Virus record (IMG/VR): IMGVR_UViG_2706795104_000001
Coordinates: 32,001 to 96,000 of that record
Direction: 5' to 3' (one strand)
Length of the DNA: 64,000 nucleotides
Source: an uncultured virus (IMG/VR IMGVR_UViG_2706795104_000001)
Taxonomy: Duplodnaviria > Heunggongvirae > Uroviricota > Caudoviricetes > Herelleviridae
How positions within the stretch are numbered: the stretch's first letter is position 1; each line of letters begins with the position of its first letter. The notes under the pieces were generated by a model. That model searched no databases. It was given only the letters and a program-made list of their open reading frames with translations, and had not been told where the DNA came from. Position numbers and translations under genes: made by a program. Shown here in pieces: positions 16,881 through 27,271 of this stretch.

Positions 16881-17505
16881 AGTACAGAAGTTTGGCGGTC
16901 TAAAGCAGTTAGCCCGTACTACATATATGAGAAACCTTTGGGCACTCATGACGAAATTTGAAGTTCTACCTACGAACGAAGATTTCAGAAAATTGTCACA
17001 TGCCCAAATTGACTTAATGATTTATTCAATGGAAGAGGACTACAGACAAGCAGAGCTTGCTAGAAAAGGTCTTCAAGTTGACTCTGAGCACTACGATAAC
17101 TCATTCGATGAGGAAGTATGGAGCAAAGATGTTGGCGACTGGGATGTTCTTAAAGAAGGTCACGATCCTGACAAGATTGCGAAACAAGTCGAAGCTCTTA
17201 CAAGAGCAGAAGACCTTAAAAACCTTGGCACGAAATTTGAAGGTCTTGATGAGTATAACGCACATCTTGAAGCAGGAGGGAAGACAGCTAGGGAAACTGC
17301 CGTTGAACAGGTTATCAATAAGAACCTTGCAGACGCATATGAGAAAGCGCAACGTATCGCTAAAGCAGGTAAGAGTACTCTTGTCGATGATGCTTACATT
17401 GCAGGGGAATCGGAGGAGAACACAGACCTCGACAAAGAAGCTATGGACAAAGCTATCAGAATGTTCAATCAACAAGACGATGATGACGAGTATACAGAAT
17501 TGTAA
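16870..17505 (+). CDS. Tail assembly chaperone extension, probably reached by +1 frameshift
   Basis: +1 frame is open from TTC 16870 through ATG 16927, which has no SD. Confidence 0.75.
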   Translation, partial: FADKVQKFGGLKQLARTTYMRNLWALMTKFEVLPTNEDFRKLSHAQIDLMIYSMEEDYRQAELARKGLQVDSEHYDNSFDEEVWSKDVGDWDVLKEGHDPDKIAKQVEALTRAEDLKNLGTKFEGLDEYNAHLEAGGKTARETAVEQVINKNLADAYEKAQRIAKAGKSTLVDDAYIAGESEENTDLDKEAMDKAIRMFNQQDDDDEYTEL

Positions 17506-17537
17506 AGGGGGAGAGGGAAACCTCTTCTCCTATTTTT
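17506..17537 (+). terminator. Terminator-like hairpin before tape measure gene
   Basis: AGGGGGAGAGG-GAAA-CCTCTTCTCCT followed by ATTTTT. Confidence 0.7.
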
Positions 17538-17559
17538 AAGAAAAGGGTGGTGAAGGTAA

Positions 17560-20500
17560 ATGGCAGGTAACAAACAAGATTACATTATTGAACTGGATGC
17601 CAAGATAGACAAAGCCGTCACGAAGTTAAATAAAATCCGTAAGATGATGGATGATATCGAACGTATTCGTGATAAAGGTGCAGATAATAACTATACTGCA
17701 AGTTCACAAGATATCAATAAAAACATGCGTCTTATGAAGTTACTTACGCAACAATACAATCAAGCAACTGAAGAACTTAAAAAGTTACAGAGTGCGGCTA
17801 ACAAGACTCCTAAAGGTGCGAAACGTAACGAACAACATAAACGTATATCTGATGAGCAGAAAGCGATCCGTTCCGAGTATGCTAAGACGTTAGCTATGTA
17901 TCGTGAGGTTGCATCGTACCAACAAAAATACTCCAAGAACTTCAACGCTACAATCGGAGAAATTAACCTTCCTACAAAAGACTTCGAGAAAACAAAAGAA
18001 GTTATCTCAGGTATGGTTGAAGAATCTAACCGAGTTAAGAACAAGTTAGATGAGGTTGTAACTAAAATCCGTGAAGTAAATAAACTTGACAGACGTTCTG
18101 AAAGTTTATCACGTAGAGCAAGTGCATCTAAGTACATGTCATTCCAACAAGCTTCAAACTTCAGGAAGGATCGTTCAACAGTAGAAGGATACCATCAAGA
18201 GAAAGCAGATAACATTCGTAGAATGACAGAGATGTCAACAACTGTATCTTCTCTTATGAAGCAGATTAAAAAGATTGAAGAGAAGCCTACGGCAACAAGA
18301 GCCGACATGGATCGTAAGCTTGAGATGCAAAAGAACATCGAGTCTATGGACAAAGAGTTCGAATCTCGTATTGAATTGAACCGTGTACTGGACCGCACAA
18401 TTGCCAACATGGAGAAGTACAACAAGACGGTACAAGACGTAACAGTTAAACCTGAACGTGGTACATTTAAAGGTATGGCTTATGAGCGTGCTCCTGCTAT
18501 TGGTCTAGCAATCACTGGTGCCGTAGCCGCTGCCGTTGGAAGTCTGTATCACCAAGGGGCTTCTATTGACAAAGGTATGCGACAAGATGAAATCTCTATC
18601 GGACAACGTGTCGGTATGGACGGATCGCAGTGGAGAGAGAATATCCGTAACAACGCCCTTAACTCAGGACTAAAAGATAGATTAGGTCTATCAGGTCAAG
18701 AGATGATTGGATTCCAAGAGAACTACTTATCTAAACGTGGTTACAAGGGTATGGATGATTTAAACACTGCTATGCAGAACCAAGCAGTGTTTAGCCGTGT
18801 AAGTGGTATCAACACGGAAGACACAAAGTCATTCTATAACACTGTATACGGTGCTGGTGAAGTTAACGGTAAACAGACGAAGGAAATCCAAAATGCATTC
18901 CTTGGAGCTATCAAACGTAGTGGTATGGAAGGTCGAGAAAAAGACCAACTGAAAGCGTTAGACGGTATCCTATCAGGAATGTCTGAAGGTCGTTCTATGA
19001 CGAACGATGAGATCATGAACACAATGGGACTACAATCTGTATTAGCGCAAACTGGAAACCGTGCTCTGCAAGGAGAAAAAGGTGGAAGAATGCTACAGAG
19101 CCTAGACCAAGGTATTCGTAATGGTATTGACGATCCGATGGTACGTATGGTATTCGGTCAAGGTACTAAGTACCAAGGATTAGAAGGTCGTTGGGCATTA
19201 ACGAAGAAAATGGAAAAAGGTATCTCTGATGCAGGTAACGTAAGGGATATAGCGGCCTTTGCACAATCACAAGGTGGAACAAAAGAATCTCAGAACATGA
19301 ACTTCTATGAATTTGCTCGTACAAAGTTAGGTGCAGAAATCTCTACCCAACAAGCAGAAGCAATGATGGAAGCATTCCGTAAGGGAGACCTTACTGATGA
19401 AAACCTGAAGAAGGTTCTTAAAGGTGACACAGGTGTTGGAGACAAAGTATCGAAAGATAAACTAGACGAATACAAGAAATCTAGTGCGGCCACTAACAAC
19501 CAAAGTGATGCAGTTACAGAGAAACAGGCCGCAGGTATCTACGATATGGGTGAAGCAGTTCGTAAAGCTAATGCGGCTCTCGGTGGTTTACATCCTGCCG
19601 CATATGGAGCTATTGCTGCCCTAGGTGCTCTAACGGTAGCATTTGCCGCAGCTGCCACATCTTTCCTAGTATCCGCAGGTGTTCGTAAAGCAGCTTCCTC
19701 TGTATTCGGTGGAGGAGGAGGTAAAGGTAAAGGAGGTCGAGGTGGCGGTCCTACTGGTGGCGGTGGTGGTAACACTACTGTAGTTGGTGGAGGTAGCGGT
19801 GGAAGACGAGACCGAGGTGGATCAGGTAACACTGTAGCATGGAACCGAGGAAGTGCTCCTGAAGCTAACGCACCTAAACAGAGCTGGTGGAAGAAAATGT
19901 TCGGTGGAGGTTCTAGTGCTGCCGAAGGTGTGACAGCAGGAGCTACAGTAGCAGGTACAACGGCCGCATCTTCAGGTAAAGGATTCCTTAAAGGTGCAGG
20001 TAAGACGTTAGGTAAGGTAGCTCTACCACTTATGGCGCTAACTAGCATAATGGATATTATGGATGCTCCTGACGACAAGAAAGGGGAAGCTACTGGATCG
20101 TCAATCGGAGGTATCGCAGGTGGTATCGGTGGAGGTGTGGCAGCAGGAGCCGCATTAGGTTCTATCGTTCCAGGTGCAGGTACTGTAGTCGGTGCTATCG
20201 TTGGTGGTGTTGGTTCTATCATCGGTGGTCTAATTGGTAGCTCTGTAGGTGGAGGTATCGGTAGTTGGTTCGATTCTGACTCTGATAAAGACAAGCAGAA
20301 GAAAGCAGAAGCTCAGGCTAAGAAAGAGAAAGAAAAAGCTGAGAACAAAGCTACTAACACTTCTAGTATCACAGGGTTCGGTCGCCAAGGAGGTACTGTA
20401 CCAGGATATACTGCAACTAGTATGACTGTAGGTGCAACAGCAGGTACTTTAACAGCTAGTAACCTTGACCCTGGACTAACAAACCAAGTTGTAACTCCTG

Positions 20501-21405
20501 ATACAAATAACAACGTCAACTCTACAAACATCCAAGTAGATAAGGAGAACACGAACACGAAACAACGTACAGAGGTTACAAAGACTGACAACCTTTCTTA
20601 CGAGCGTGAGAACCTTAATATCTACGAGAGAGCATTAATGAAAGCAGAACAACTTCTAGCTCAAGCTCGTTCCCAAAACGGTATCTTCGGTAACGGTAAT
20701 GGTGCAGGAGGTACAGGTGGGGGTAGCGGAATGGGTGTTACAGGTGGAGGTAAACTACAACTTCTATCAGCAGGTCAGAAATGGCAGAATGCAAGTAACC
20801 TACAACAAAGTGACCTAGGATTCACAGAAGCTACTCTAACTGCGGCCGACCTAGACAAATGGATAGACTCTAAAGCTCCTAAAGATTCTATGATGCGTGG
20901 AATGGGTGAAACCTTCCTTAAAGCAGGTCAAATGTACGGGTTAGACCCTCGTTACTTAGTTGCACATGCTGCCGAAGAATCTGCTTGGGGAACTTCTAGC
21001 ATTGCGAAGAAAAAAGGCAACTTCTTTGGGATCGGCGCATTTGATAATAGCCCAATGGAAAGTGCTTACGAGTTTAAAGATGGTGGAGGAAACGCTGCTC
21101 AGAACGGTATCATGGGTGGAGCTAAGTGGATTGCTGAACACTACTACGGAAAAGGTAATACAACCCTTGATAAGATGCACCAAGCAGGTTACGCAACTAA
21201 CTCTGACTGGGCTTCTAACATTGCTTCTATCATGAAAGGCGCACCGTCAGGTTCAGGTCAAGCAGTAACTGCCACTATCAACGTTAATGTTAAAGGTGAT
21301 GAGTCTGTAGCTAAGAAGATTAACGATAGCAAAGAAATGAAGAAAGTCGGAAACAACATTTCCGATATGCTTGGTTTCTACTCTAAAGAGATGGTGATGG
21401 TCTAG
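17560..21405 (+). CDS. Tape measure protein with C-terminal glucosaminidase domain
   Basis: 1281 aa, helical and Gly-rich; C-terminal YLVAHAAEESAWG, NFFGIGAFD, YATNSDWA. Confidence 0.9.
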   Translation: MAGNKQDYIIELDAKIDKAVTKLNKIRKMMDDIERIRDKGADNNYTASSQDINKNMRLMKLLTQQYNQATEELKKLQSAANKTPKGAKRNEQHKRISDEQKAIRSEYAKTLAMYREVASYQQKYSKNFNATIGEINLPTKDFEKTKEVISGMVEESNRVKNKLDEVVTKIREVNKLDRRSESLSRRASASKYMSFQQASNFRKDRSTVEGYHQEKADNIRRMTEMSTTVSSLMKQIKKIEEKPTATRADMDRKLEMQKNIESMDKEFESRIELNRVLDRTIANMEKYNKTVQDVTVKPERGTFKGMAYERAPAIGLAITGAVAAAVGSLYHQGASIDKGMRQDEISIGQRVGMDGSQWRENIRNNALNSGLKDRLGLSGQEMIGFQENYLSKRGYKGMDDLNTAMQNQAVFSRVSGINTEDTKSFYNTVYGAGEVNGKQTKEIQNAFLGAIKRSGMEGREKDQLKALDGILSGMSEGRSMTNDEIMNTMGLQSVLAQTGNRALQGEKGGRMLQSLDQGIRNGIDDPMVRMVFGQGTKYQGLEGRWALTKKMEKGISDAGNVRDIAAFAQSQGGTKESQNMNFYEFARTKLGAEISTQQAEAMMEAFRKGDLTDENLKKVLKGDTGVGDKVSKDKLDEYKKSSAATNNQSDAVTEKQAAGIYDMGEAVRKANAALGGLHPAAYGAIAALGALTVAFAAAATSFLVSAGVRKAASSVFGGGGGKGKGGRGGGPTGGGGGNTTVVGGGSGGRRDRGGSGNTVAWNRGSAPEANAPKQSWWKKMFGGGSSAAEGVTAGATVAGTTAASSGKGFLKGAGKTLGKVALPLMALTSIMDIMDAPDDKKGEATGSSIGGIAGGIGGGVAAGAALGSIVPGAGTVVGAIVGGVGSIIGGLIGSSVGGGIGSWFDSDSDKDKQKKAEAQAKKEKEKAENKATNTSSITGFGRQGGTVPGYTATSMTVGATAGTLTASNLDPGLTNQVVTPDTNNNVNSTNIQVDKENTNTKQRTEVTKTDNLSYERENLNIYERALMKAEQLLAQARSQNGIFGNGNGAGGTGGGSGMGVTGGGKLQLLSAGQKWQNASNLQQSDLGFTEATLTAADLDKWIDSKAPKDSMMRGMGETFLKAGQMYGLDPRYLVAHAAEESAWGTSSIAKKKGNFFGIGAFDNSPMESAYEFKDGGGNAAQNGIMGGAKWIAEHYYGKGNTTLDKMHQAGYATNSDWASNIASIMKGAPSGSGQAVTATINVNVKGDESVAKKINDSKEMKKVGNNISDMLGFYSKEMVMV

Positions 21406-21447
21406 TACCGTCCCTCTCTTCTTTTTAAATATAAGGAGATGATATAA

Positions 21448-23682
21448 TTGACAACGATTGTTAAACGCTATCCCACATTCGAGATAGAGTTAATCACACA
21501 AGACACACCTTATATCTTGAAGTACGATACGCAGAAACAAATTTCACAGAAGACATTTGAAGAAGCTATTATCTCTTTCAGTATCAAGAATGCTATGGCA
21601 GATGATAGTCCTGCATTCTCTCTAGTACTATCCTCTAAAGAGAAGTGGGATAAGATTGTAAACGCAAATGATTTAATTCGAATTAAGGTTTTCCCTGACG
21701 TTACAAAAGAAGTACCTGATAATCCGTATATCATGGTTGGTATGATTTCCGACATCAAGAAAGAAGGGGAGTACGGAAACGGGACACTACTATATCGTAT
21801 AACTGGGCAAGCCATGACGAAAGCACTAATCAACTTTAACGTAGGGGTTATCCAAGAAGTAGCAACAATTATCCCTACCATTGGTTGGCTACCTGATGAT
21901 GCGGCCAACGGATTAAAGTTCTCTTCTAACAATGCGGCAGGTATCGGTAACGAACTAATGGAACGTTTCATTTACAAGTACGCACAATACAAGTGGGCTA
22001 ATGGTGCAGGACTGAAAGATTACTTAATTCATAGTTTCTCTAGTTGGAAGGAAGATGAGACTCTAGCCGATCCGTCTCCATTCATTAACTACCAAGGTAG
22101 TTTACGTCAGTTCTTAACGGATGTAACGGCAAAGCCATTTAACGAACTATTCTTCGAATACACAAAGAATGGACAATGTGTAGGACTAATGAGACCTACT
22201 CCTTTCGACCCTGATAAGTGGAACCAATTACCTCTATACCGTTTCACAAGTGATATCGTTGTTCAAGAATCATTCGGTAAGAACGATAACGAAATGTTCT
22301 CTGTATTCGTAGTACAGGCACCAAACATTAACGAGTTCAACAGTATGGACTTAGGGGTGTTCCCGAAATACCACCCTGAACTAGTTAAACGATATGGATA
22401 TAAGCGTCTAGACGCTCAGAACCGTTATCTGCTAACGCCAGGTATCGCAGGTACCCAACAACCAGGAACAAACGCAGGAACGGGCACAGGGGCTACTACA
22501 CCGTCAGGAAACGGTACTGGTACTACTAACCCTACACCAGCGATCCGTACGGAACCTGCAACTGCACAACCTAACTATGAGGAAGTAATTACATTCATTA
22601 CACAGAATAAATTACAAGACCCTGAGATGCTTAGATTGAAAAAGAATGAAGTATATGCTCAGTTAGTAGGGGAATATCCTACTATGCAACCAAGTCTAGT
22701 AAACGGTATTATCGACTCACTGAAAGATGGTAAGTTCAGTAGAGAAATCTACACACAACTTGTAAACTCCGCAGGTGGTGGAAATAACTCTGAAGCGGCC
22801 AAGGAGAAAGGTGTAGCGAACGAGAAGTTAAATAAGTACACACAGAGACTATTTAACTGGTACTGTGAGAATGCTAACTTCTATGCAGGAGATATTCGTG
22901 TATTAGGGAACCCTGCATACCGTGTAGGATCGCGAGTAATGTACGATGACTTTGAACAAGAGACTGTATGGGAGTTCTATCTAGAGTCTGTACAGCATGA
23001 GTTCTCATTCAATGGTGGGTATACTACTATATTAGGAGTAACAAGAGGTTTACCTGACCAAGGTGCAAAACGATTCAAGAACCTATGGGGTAAATCAGAA
23101 GACTTCAAAGGTGGATACCTAGGTGAGAAATCGTTAGAGCAGTTAATTGAAGCAGGTAAAGCTGCTAACCCACCAGGAGGTACAGGAACAGGAGGAACTG
23201 GCTCAGGTGGATGGGGCGGTGGCTCAGGAAGTGGAGTTGCAATGCAAGCTCTAGCTACTGCACGAGAAATGACTTCTAAACCGTCTGTATACGTATTCGG
23301 TGGCGGTCGTTCAGGTAACAACCCATTCCTAAACTCCCCAATCAAAATCGACTGTTCATCATTCGTATGGTGGTGCTATAACGTACACGGTGTCCAACTT
23401 AACGGAGGGGCAACAGGTATGACTACAGATACGATTGCGAAAGACCCTAGGTTACAGGTAGTTAGCGCCCGTGGTTCCGATAAGAGCCAAGCTATGAGTA
23501 AGATACAGACTGGTGACATTATCTACTTCGACACGTACAAGAGTGATGGACACATTGGAATCTACTCAGGTAACGGTAAGTTTATCGGTTCACAGAGTAC
23601 CCCAGGTATCCATGAAGAAGATTTAAGCACAAGTTATTGGCAAAAAGTTTTTAATGGTCACGTACGTAGGTTTACAGGATAA
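21448..23682 (+). CDS. Baseplate hub/tail lysin with C-terminal NlpC/P60 peptidase
   Basis: YVFGGG, DCSSFVWW, GDIIYF, HIGIY; follows tape measure gene. Confidence 0.88.
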   Translation: MTTIVKRYPTFEIELITQDTPYILKYDTQKQISQKTFEEAIISFSIKNAMADDSPAFSLVLSSKEKWDKIVNANDLIRIKVFPDVTKEVPDNPYIMVGMISDIKKEGEYGNGTLLYRITGQAMTKALINFNVGVIQEVATIIPTIGWLPDDAANGLKFSSNNAAGIGNELMERFIYKYAQYKWANGAGLKDYLIHSFSSWKEDETLADPSPFINYQGSLRQFLTDVTAKPFNELFFEYTKNGQCVGLMRPTPFDPDKWNQLPLYRFTSDIVVQESFGKNDNEMFSVFVVQAPNINEFNSMDLGVFPKYHPELVKRYGYKRLDAQNRYLLTPGIAGTQQPGTNAGTGTGATTPSGNGTGTTNPTPAIRTEPATAQPNYEEVITFITQNKLQDPEMLRLKKNEVYAQLVGEYPTMQPSLVNGIIDSLKDGKFSREIYTQLVNSAGGGNNSEAAKEKGVANEKLNKYTQRLFNWYCENANFYAGDIRVLGNPAYRVGSRVMYDDFEQETVWEFYLESVQHEFSFNGGYTTILGVTRGLPDQGAKRFKNLWGKSEDFKGGYLGEKSLEQLIEAGKAANPPGGTGTGGTGSGGWGGGSGSGVAMQALATAREMTSKPSVYVFGGGRSGNNPFLNSPIKIDCSSFVWWCYNVHGVQLNGGATGMTTDTIAKDPRLQVVSARGSDKSQAMSKIQTGDIIYFDTYKSDGHIGIYSGNGKFIGSQSTPGIHEEDLSTSYWQKVFNGHVRRFTG

Positions 23683-23722
23683 AAAATGTTATAATATAAA
23701 GGAAAGGTGGTAGAACTATATC

Positions 23723-25759
23723 GTGGAAGATTTTGACTACACACCACTGTCCTCTATGAGGTTTCAGGCTCAACTAGGATCAGAAGTTAAACGTATGTAC
23801 AAAGAGGGAGAGAATGTTATTAAACTCTCCCTTGCTAGGGTTACAAAGGTTAACTACAAGTACAATACAGTAGAAGTTATGACAACATTACATAAAAATT
23901 CAACATCGAAGAACCCGAGTGATAACGGTAAATACTCTGCTAGATTGCCTGTAATGTTTGGTGGACGTACACCTGAAGGAAAAGTATATGGTTCGAATAC
24001 AATTGTTACAGTCGGATCGTTAGTTTTAATTGGATTCCTAGAAGGTAATAAAGACCACCCTATTGTTTTAAACATCTATGGGGATGCAGATAATCAGTCG
24101 ATGTTAACACGTACAACGATGACAGGTGGAGACGAATCAGACGAAGCAGTCCAACGTGAACTATGGCAGTTATTTACTTTATACCCTTCTATGACATATC
24201 AGAATATTGATGGTCGAGGGAATAAGGAAGTAACGTTCTCAGGTAAATCCTTTATGTATATTACAGACTCAGACCCTGGGAACGAGTACGTACAGGACGG
24301 AGCTTTCGATTACGCAGACTTACCTAGTTCTCGTTATGCAAATGGTGAACTAATCGAACCAACGTCTCCTAACTCTCCTACCGTATTATACGTCCACCAA
24401 GGGATTTATGACAACCATAGAGTTACATTCTTCCTTAAATCGGACGGAACTCTTCGTGTAGGTAGTAGACATAGAAATGGTAAAGGTATTACATACCAAG
24501 AAATGAAAACAGACGGATCGTTCTCTATCGTGCAGAAGCATGATACAACAGACCCTGAAGAGATTTCTAAAAAGTTCTCTAAGTTTGAAATTTCTGAAAA
24601 TGGTGATGTTACAATCCAATCTCTAGACCACAAATTAACCATCACAAAAGATGGTGTACTGATTGACGGTAAGCCAATCGGTTCAGGTGGTGGAGGAGGA
24701 GACCTTGAGATTATCAAGGACTTACAAGAAAAGGTAGAGGGCGTAACAACACAGATAACAATGGTAAACGGTAAGCTAGATTTCAAGATTGATAAGATTG
24801 AAATTGAGATAGACTTAGACACACTTCGACAGGAGCAACAGAAGGTACTAGATAGTATCCGAGAGAAGCTAGATGGACTTTCTAGTGCGTTAAAAGCTAT
24901 GAAGGACTATACGATCCCTGCATTCGAGGATGGAACCGTTACAACAGACGAAAAGAACAAAGTTAATAGTCTTCTAGCTACAGTAAAAAACGAGAAAGCA
25001 AAAGTGGACGAAAAGTATAGCCAAGTTATCTCCGATCCGTTCCTACCAGCTACATATAAAGACTTACTAGGTATAGCCAAAGGTAATTTAGATAGCAGAC
25101 ACCAAGCTCTAATAAACACAATAGAGATTGTCATGCTAGATGGGGTTATCACACCTGATGAGCGTATAGCAGTTAACCAAGCATTCGATGGGTATAACCA
25201 GTCTATCGAAGCAATAGATGTAGCTTTTAAACAAGCAATGGACGCTATTCTAGAAGCTCGTATTAGGGAAGCACAAGAGAATGCAATGAAGTACCGAGAT
25301 ACGGAGATGCGTAAAATCGGTTCACAGATTACGCAACTAGCAGACTCTATTACGGCTAAGGTAAGCTCGGAACAATTGTCGAAAGAAATAGAAGACGTTC
25401 GTTCTGAAATGGCTACAAAGGAAGAACAGAAGGAAATTAAGGACACATTAGAACAAGCACAAAAAGATATTGACGAAGCCGTAACAAACCTTCCGTATCG
25501 AGTAGAGTTAGGAAGTACCAATGGACTTATCTTTAAAAACAATAACATTGATACTGTCATCTATGCAAAGGTATATAAAGGTAAAGACGAGATTACGTCA
25601 CAGATTCCAAAAGAGCAATTTATTTGGAAACGTGTCTCTGATGATGCAGACGGAGACCTTGCTTGGGATGTAGCCCACAAGAACATCGGTAGCTCATTCA
25701 AAGCTACAAAGGAAGATGTCCCTATGAGGGCAACGTTCTCATGTGACTTGGACATTTAA
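23723..25759 (+). CDS. Baseplate central spike/tail protein with coiled-coil extension
   Basis: LARVTKVNYKYNTVEV and VLIGFLEG OB-fold-like N-terminus; synteny. Confidence 0.75.
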   Translation: MEDFDYTPLSSMRFQAQLGSEVKRMYKEGENVIKLSLARVTKVNYKYNTVEVMTTLHKNSTSKNPSDNGKYSARLPVMFGGRTPEGKVYGSNTIVTVGSLVLIGFLEGNKDHPIVLNIYGDADNQSMLTRTTMTGGDESDEAVQRELWQLFTLYPSMTYQNIDGRGNKEVTFSGKSFMYITDSDPGNEYVQDGAFDYADLPSSRYANGELIEPTSPNSPTVLYVHQGIYDNHRVTFFLKSDGTLRVGSRHRNGKGITYQEMKTDGSFSIVQKHDTTDPEEISKKFSKFEISENGDVTIQSLDHKLTITKDGVLIDGKPIGSGGGGGDLEIIKDLQEKVEGVTTQITMVNGKLDFKIDKIEIEIDLDTLRQEQQKVLDSIREKLDGLSSALKAMKDYTIPAFEDGTVTTDEKNKVNSLLATVKNEKAKVDEKYSQVISDPFLPATYKDLLGIAKGNLDSRHQALINTIEIVMLDGVITPDERIAVNQAFDGYNQSIEAIDVAFKQAMDAILEARIREAQENAMKYRDTEMRKIGSQITQLADSITAKVSSEQLSKEIEDVRSEMATKEEQKEIKDTLEQAQKDIDEAVTNLPYRVELGSTNGLIFKNNNIDTVIYAKVYKGKDEITSQIPKEQFIWKRVSDDADGDLAWDVAHKNIGSSFKATKEDVPMRATFSCDLDI

Positions 25760-25779
25760 ACAGGAGAGGGAGAGATTAA

Positions 25780-27183
25780 ATGGTAGTTAGAGCAACAGGT
25801 CAGATAACACTTAGTGACTTAAACGATGCTAAACAGTTAGTCCTATATTTAAACAGTAATTACAAAACACAAATTTACGATCCAAACGGAACAACATATA
25901 ATCCGAACTTTACATCTTCAAACCTAGTTATCACTCCCGAGCTATACGTAGCAGGTGGTAACGGTGGTAACATGCTACCATCGGCAGCAATTAAGTCATT
26001 GTTTTGGTATGAGGGTTCACAGACAGTAACACCTTTAGCGGAAACAGGCGCAGGTACAACTCCTAGTGGTCTATCTTATACAATCCCAACAGGTGCGGTA
26101 GCTACAACTGCTAAACCATTAACAATAAAATCTAACTTAACTGCAACAACTTCACAGATGTTTACCTGTGTGATTACGTATCTAGACTCTGATTTACAGA
26201 TGGAAACAACGATTAAAGCAAACGTAGACATTGTTAAAATCGTTAACGGTGCGGCAGGTACGAACGGTACAGATGCTTACTACCTAAACCTTTGGGCACC
26301 AGGTGGAGACGCTATCCGTAACAGTAACGGCAACTTAACGTTAAAGGCTGATATGTACAAAGGTGCAGGTTCAGTTACACCTACTGCGTTCCAGTGGTAT
26401 ATCCAAGACCCTACGGCTACAGTCGGTGGGGGCGGAGATGCGGATGGTGGAGCAGGTTGGAGACGTATTAACAACGTTGCAGACCCAACTGCGGCCCCAA
26501 CTCTAGCACTATCCGCTAATGCAAGTTCACAGTTGACACCAGCTACATACTATGTTAAGTACACATGGTGTGGTCTATCAGGGGAGACAATCGGATCGGC
26601 ACAAGCACAGTTAGCAGTAACCACAGGTAACGAACTGAAAGTTACAATCCCTGCTTTTGCAACAAACGTTACAATGGCTAAGGTTTACGTTGGTACTGCA
26701 TCGGGTGTTCTATTCTACGCAGGAGATATTACAACAAGTGCAGGTAACTTAATCGTTAAACGATTCGATAACTCAGCTGAACCGATTCCAACGGCTTCTA
26801 GTACAAGCATGAACGTAGCACAAATTACGATCCGTAACTGGGCTATTCCAGGAGTTAAAGGATTTAAGTGTGTAACTTCCGTATCAGGTACAAGTACGAA
26901 GTTTACGGCAGTTATCGTTGTACGAGACTTCCAAGACCCGTTAGTAGTTAATATCATCGGTACGAACGTATTCAAGAACGGGCAAGGTTCTATCACATTG
27001 AATGCTCAATTGATTCAGGCAGGTCTAGTAATCTCTAATACAGGTTACACATTCGGATGGTCATTGTACAAGCCCGATGGTGCCTTAATCAAGACGTACC
27101 CGACTGTAACTACTGACCAAATTACAGTACCGAGTACAGATGTAGATGCTACTGCTAACTTGGTAGTGGACGCATCTAAGTAG
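25780..27183 (+). CDS. Tail-fibre-associated beta-rich virion protein
   Basis: ATGQITLSDLND start; T/A/G-rich Ig-like character. Confidence 0.7.
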   Translation: MVVRATGQITLSDLNDAKQLVLYLNSNYKTQIYDPNGTTYNPNFTSSNLVITPELYVAGGNGGNMLPSAAIKSLFWYEGSQTVTPLAETGAGTTPSGLSYTIPTGAVATTAKPLTIKSNLTATTSQMFTCVITYLDSDLQMETTIKANVDIVKIVNGAAGTNGTDAYYLNLWAPGGDAIRNSNGNLTLKADMYKGAGSVTPTAFQWYIQDPTATVGGGGDADGGAGWRRINNVADPTAAPTLALSANASSQLTPATYYVKYTWCGLSGETIGSAQAQLAVTTGNELKVTIPAFATNVTMAKVYVGTASGVLFYAGDITTSAGNLIVKRFDNSAEPIPTASSTSMNVAQITIRNWAIPGVKGFKCVTSVSGTSTKFTAVIVVRDFQDPLVVNIIGTNVFKNGQGSITLNAQLIQAGLVISNTGYTFGWSLYKPDGALIKTYPTVTTDQITVPSTDVDATANLVVDASK

Positions 27184-27271
27184 TTAAGCTCGTATTATAT
27201 TATAATAGAGATAGGTAAGACAAGAGGAACTTAGCGATAAGTTCCTTTTATTTTTAGAGGGATGTGATTAA

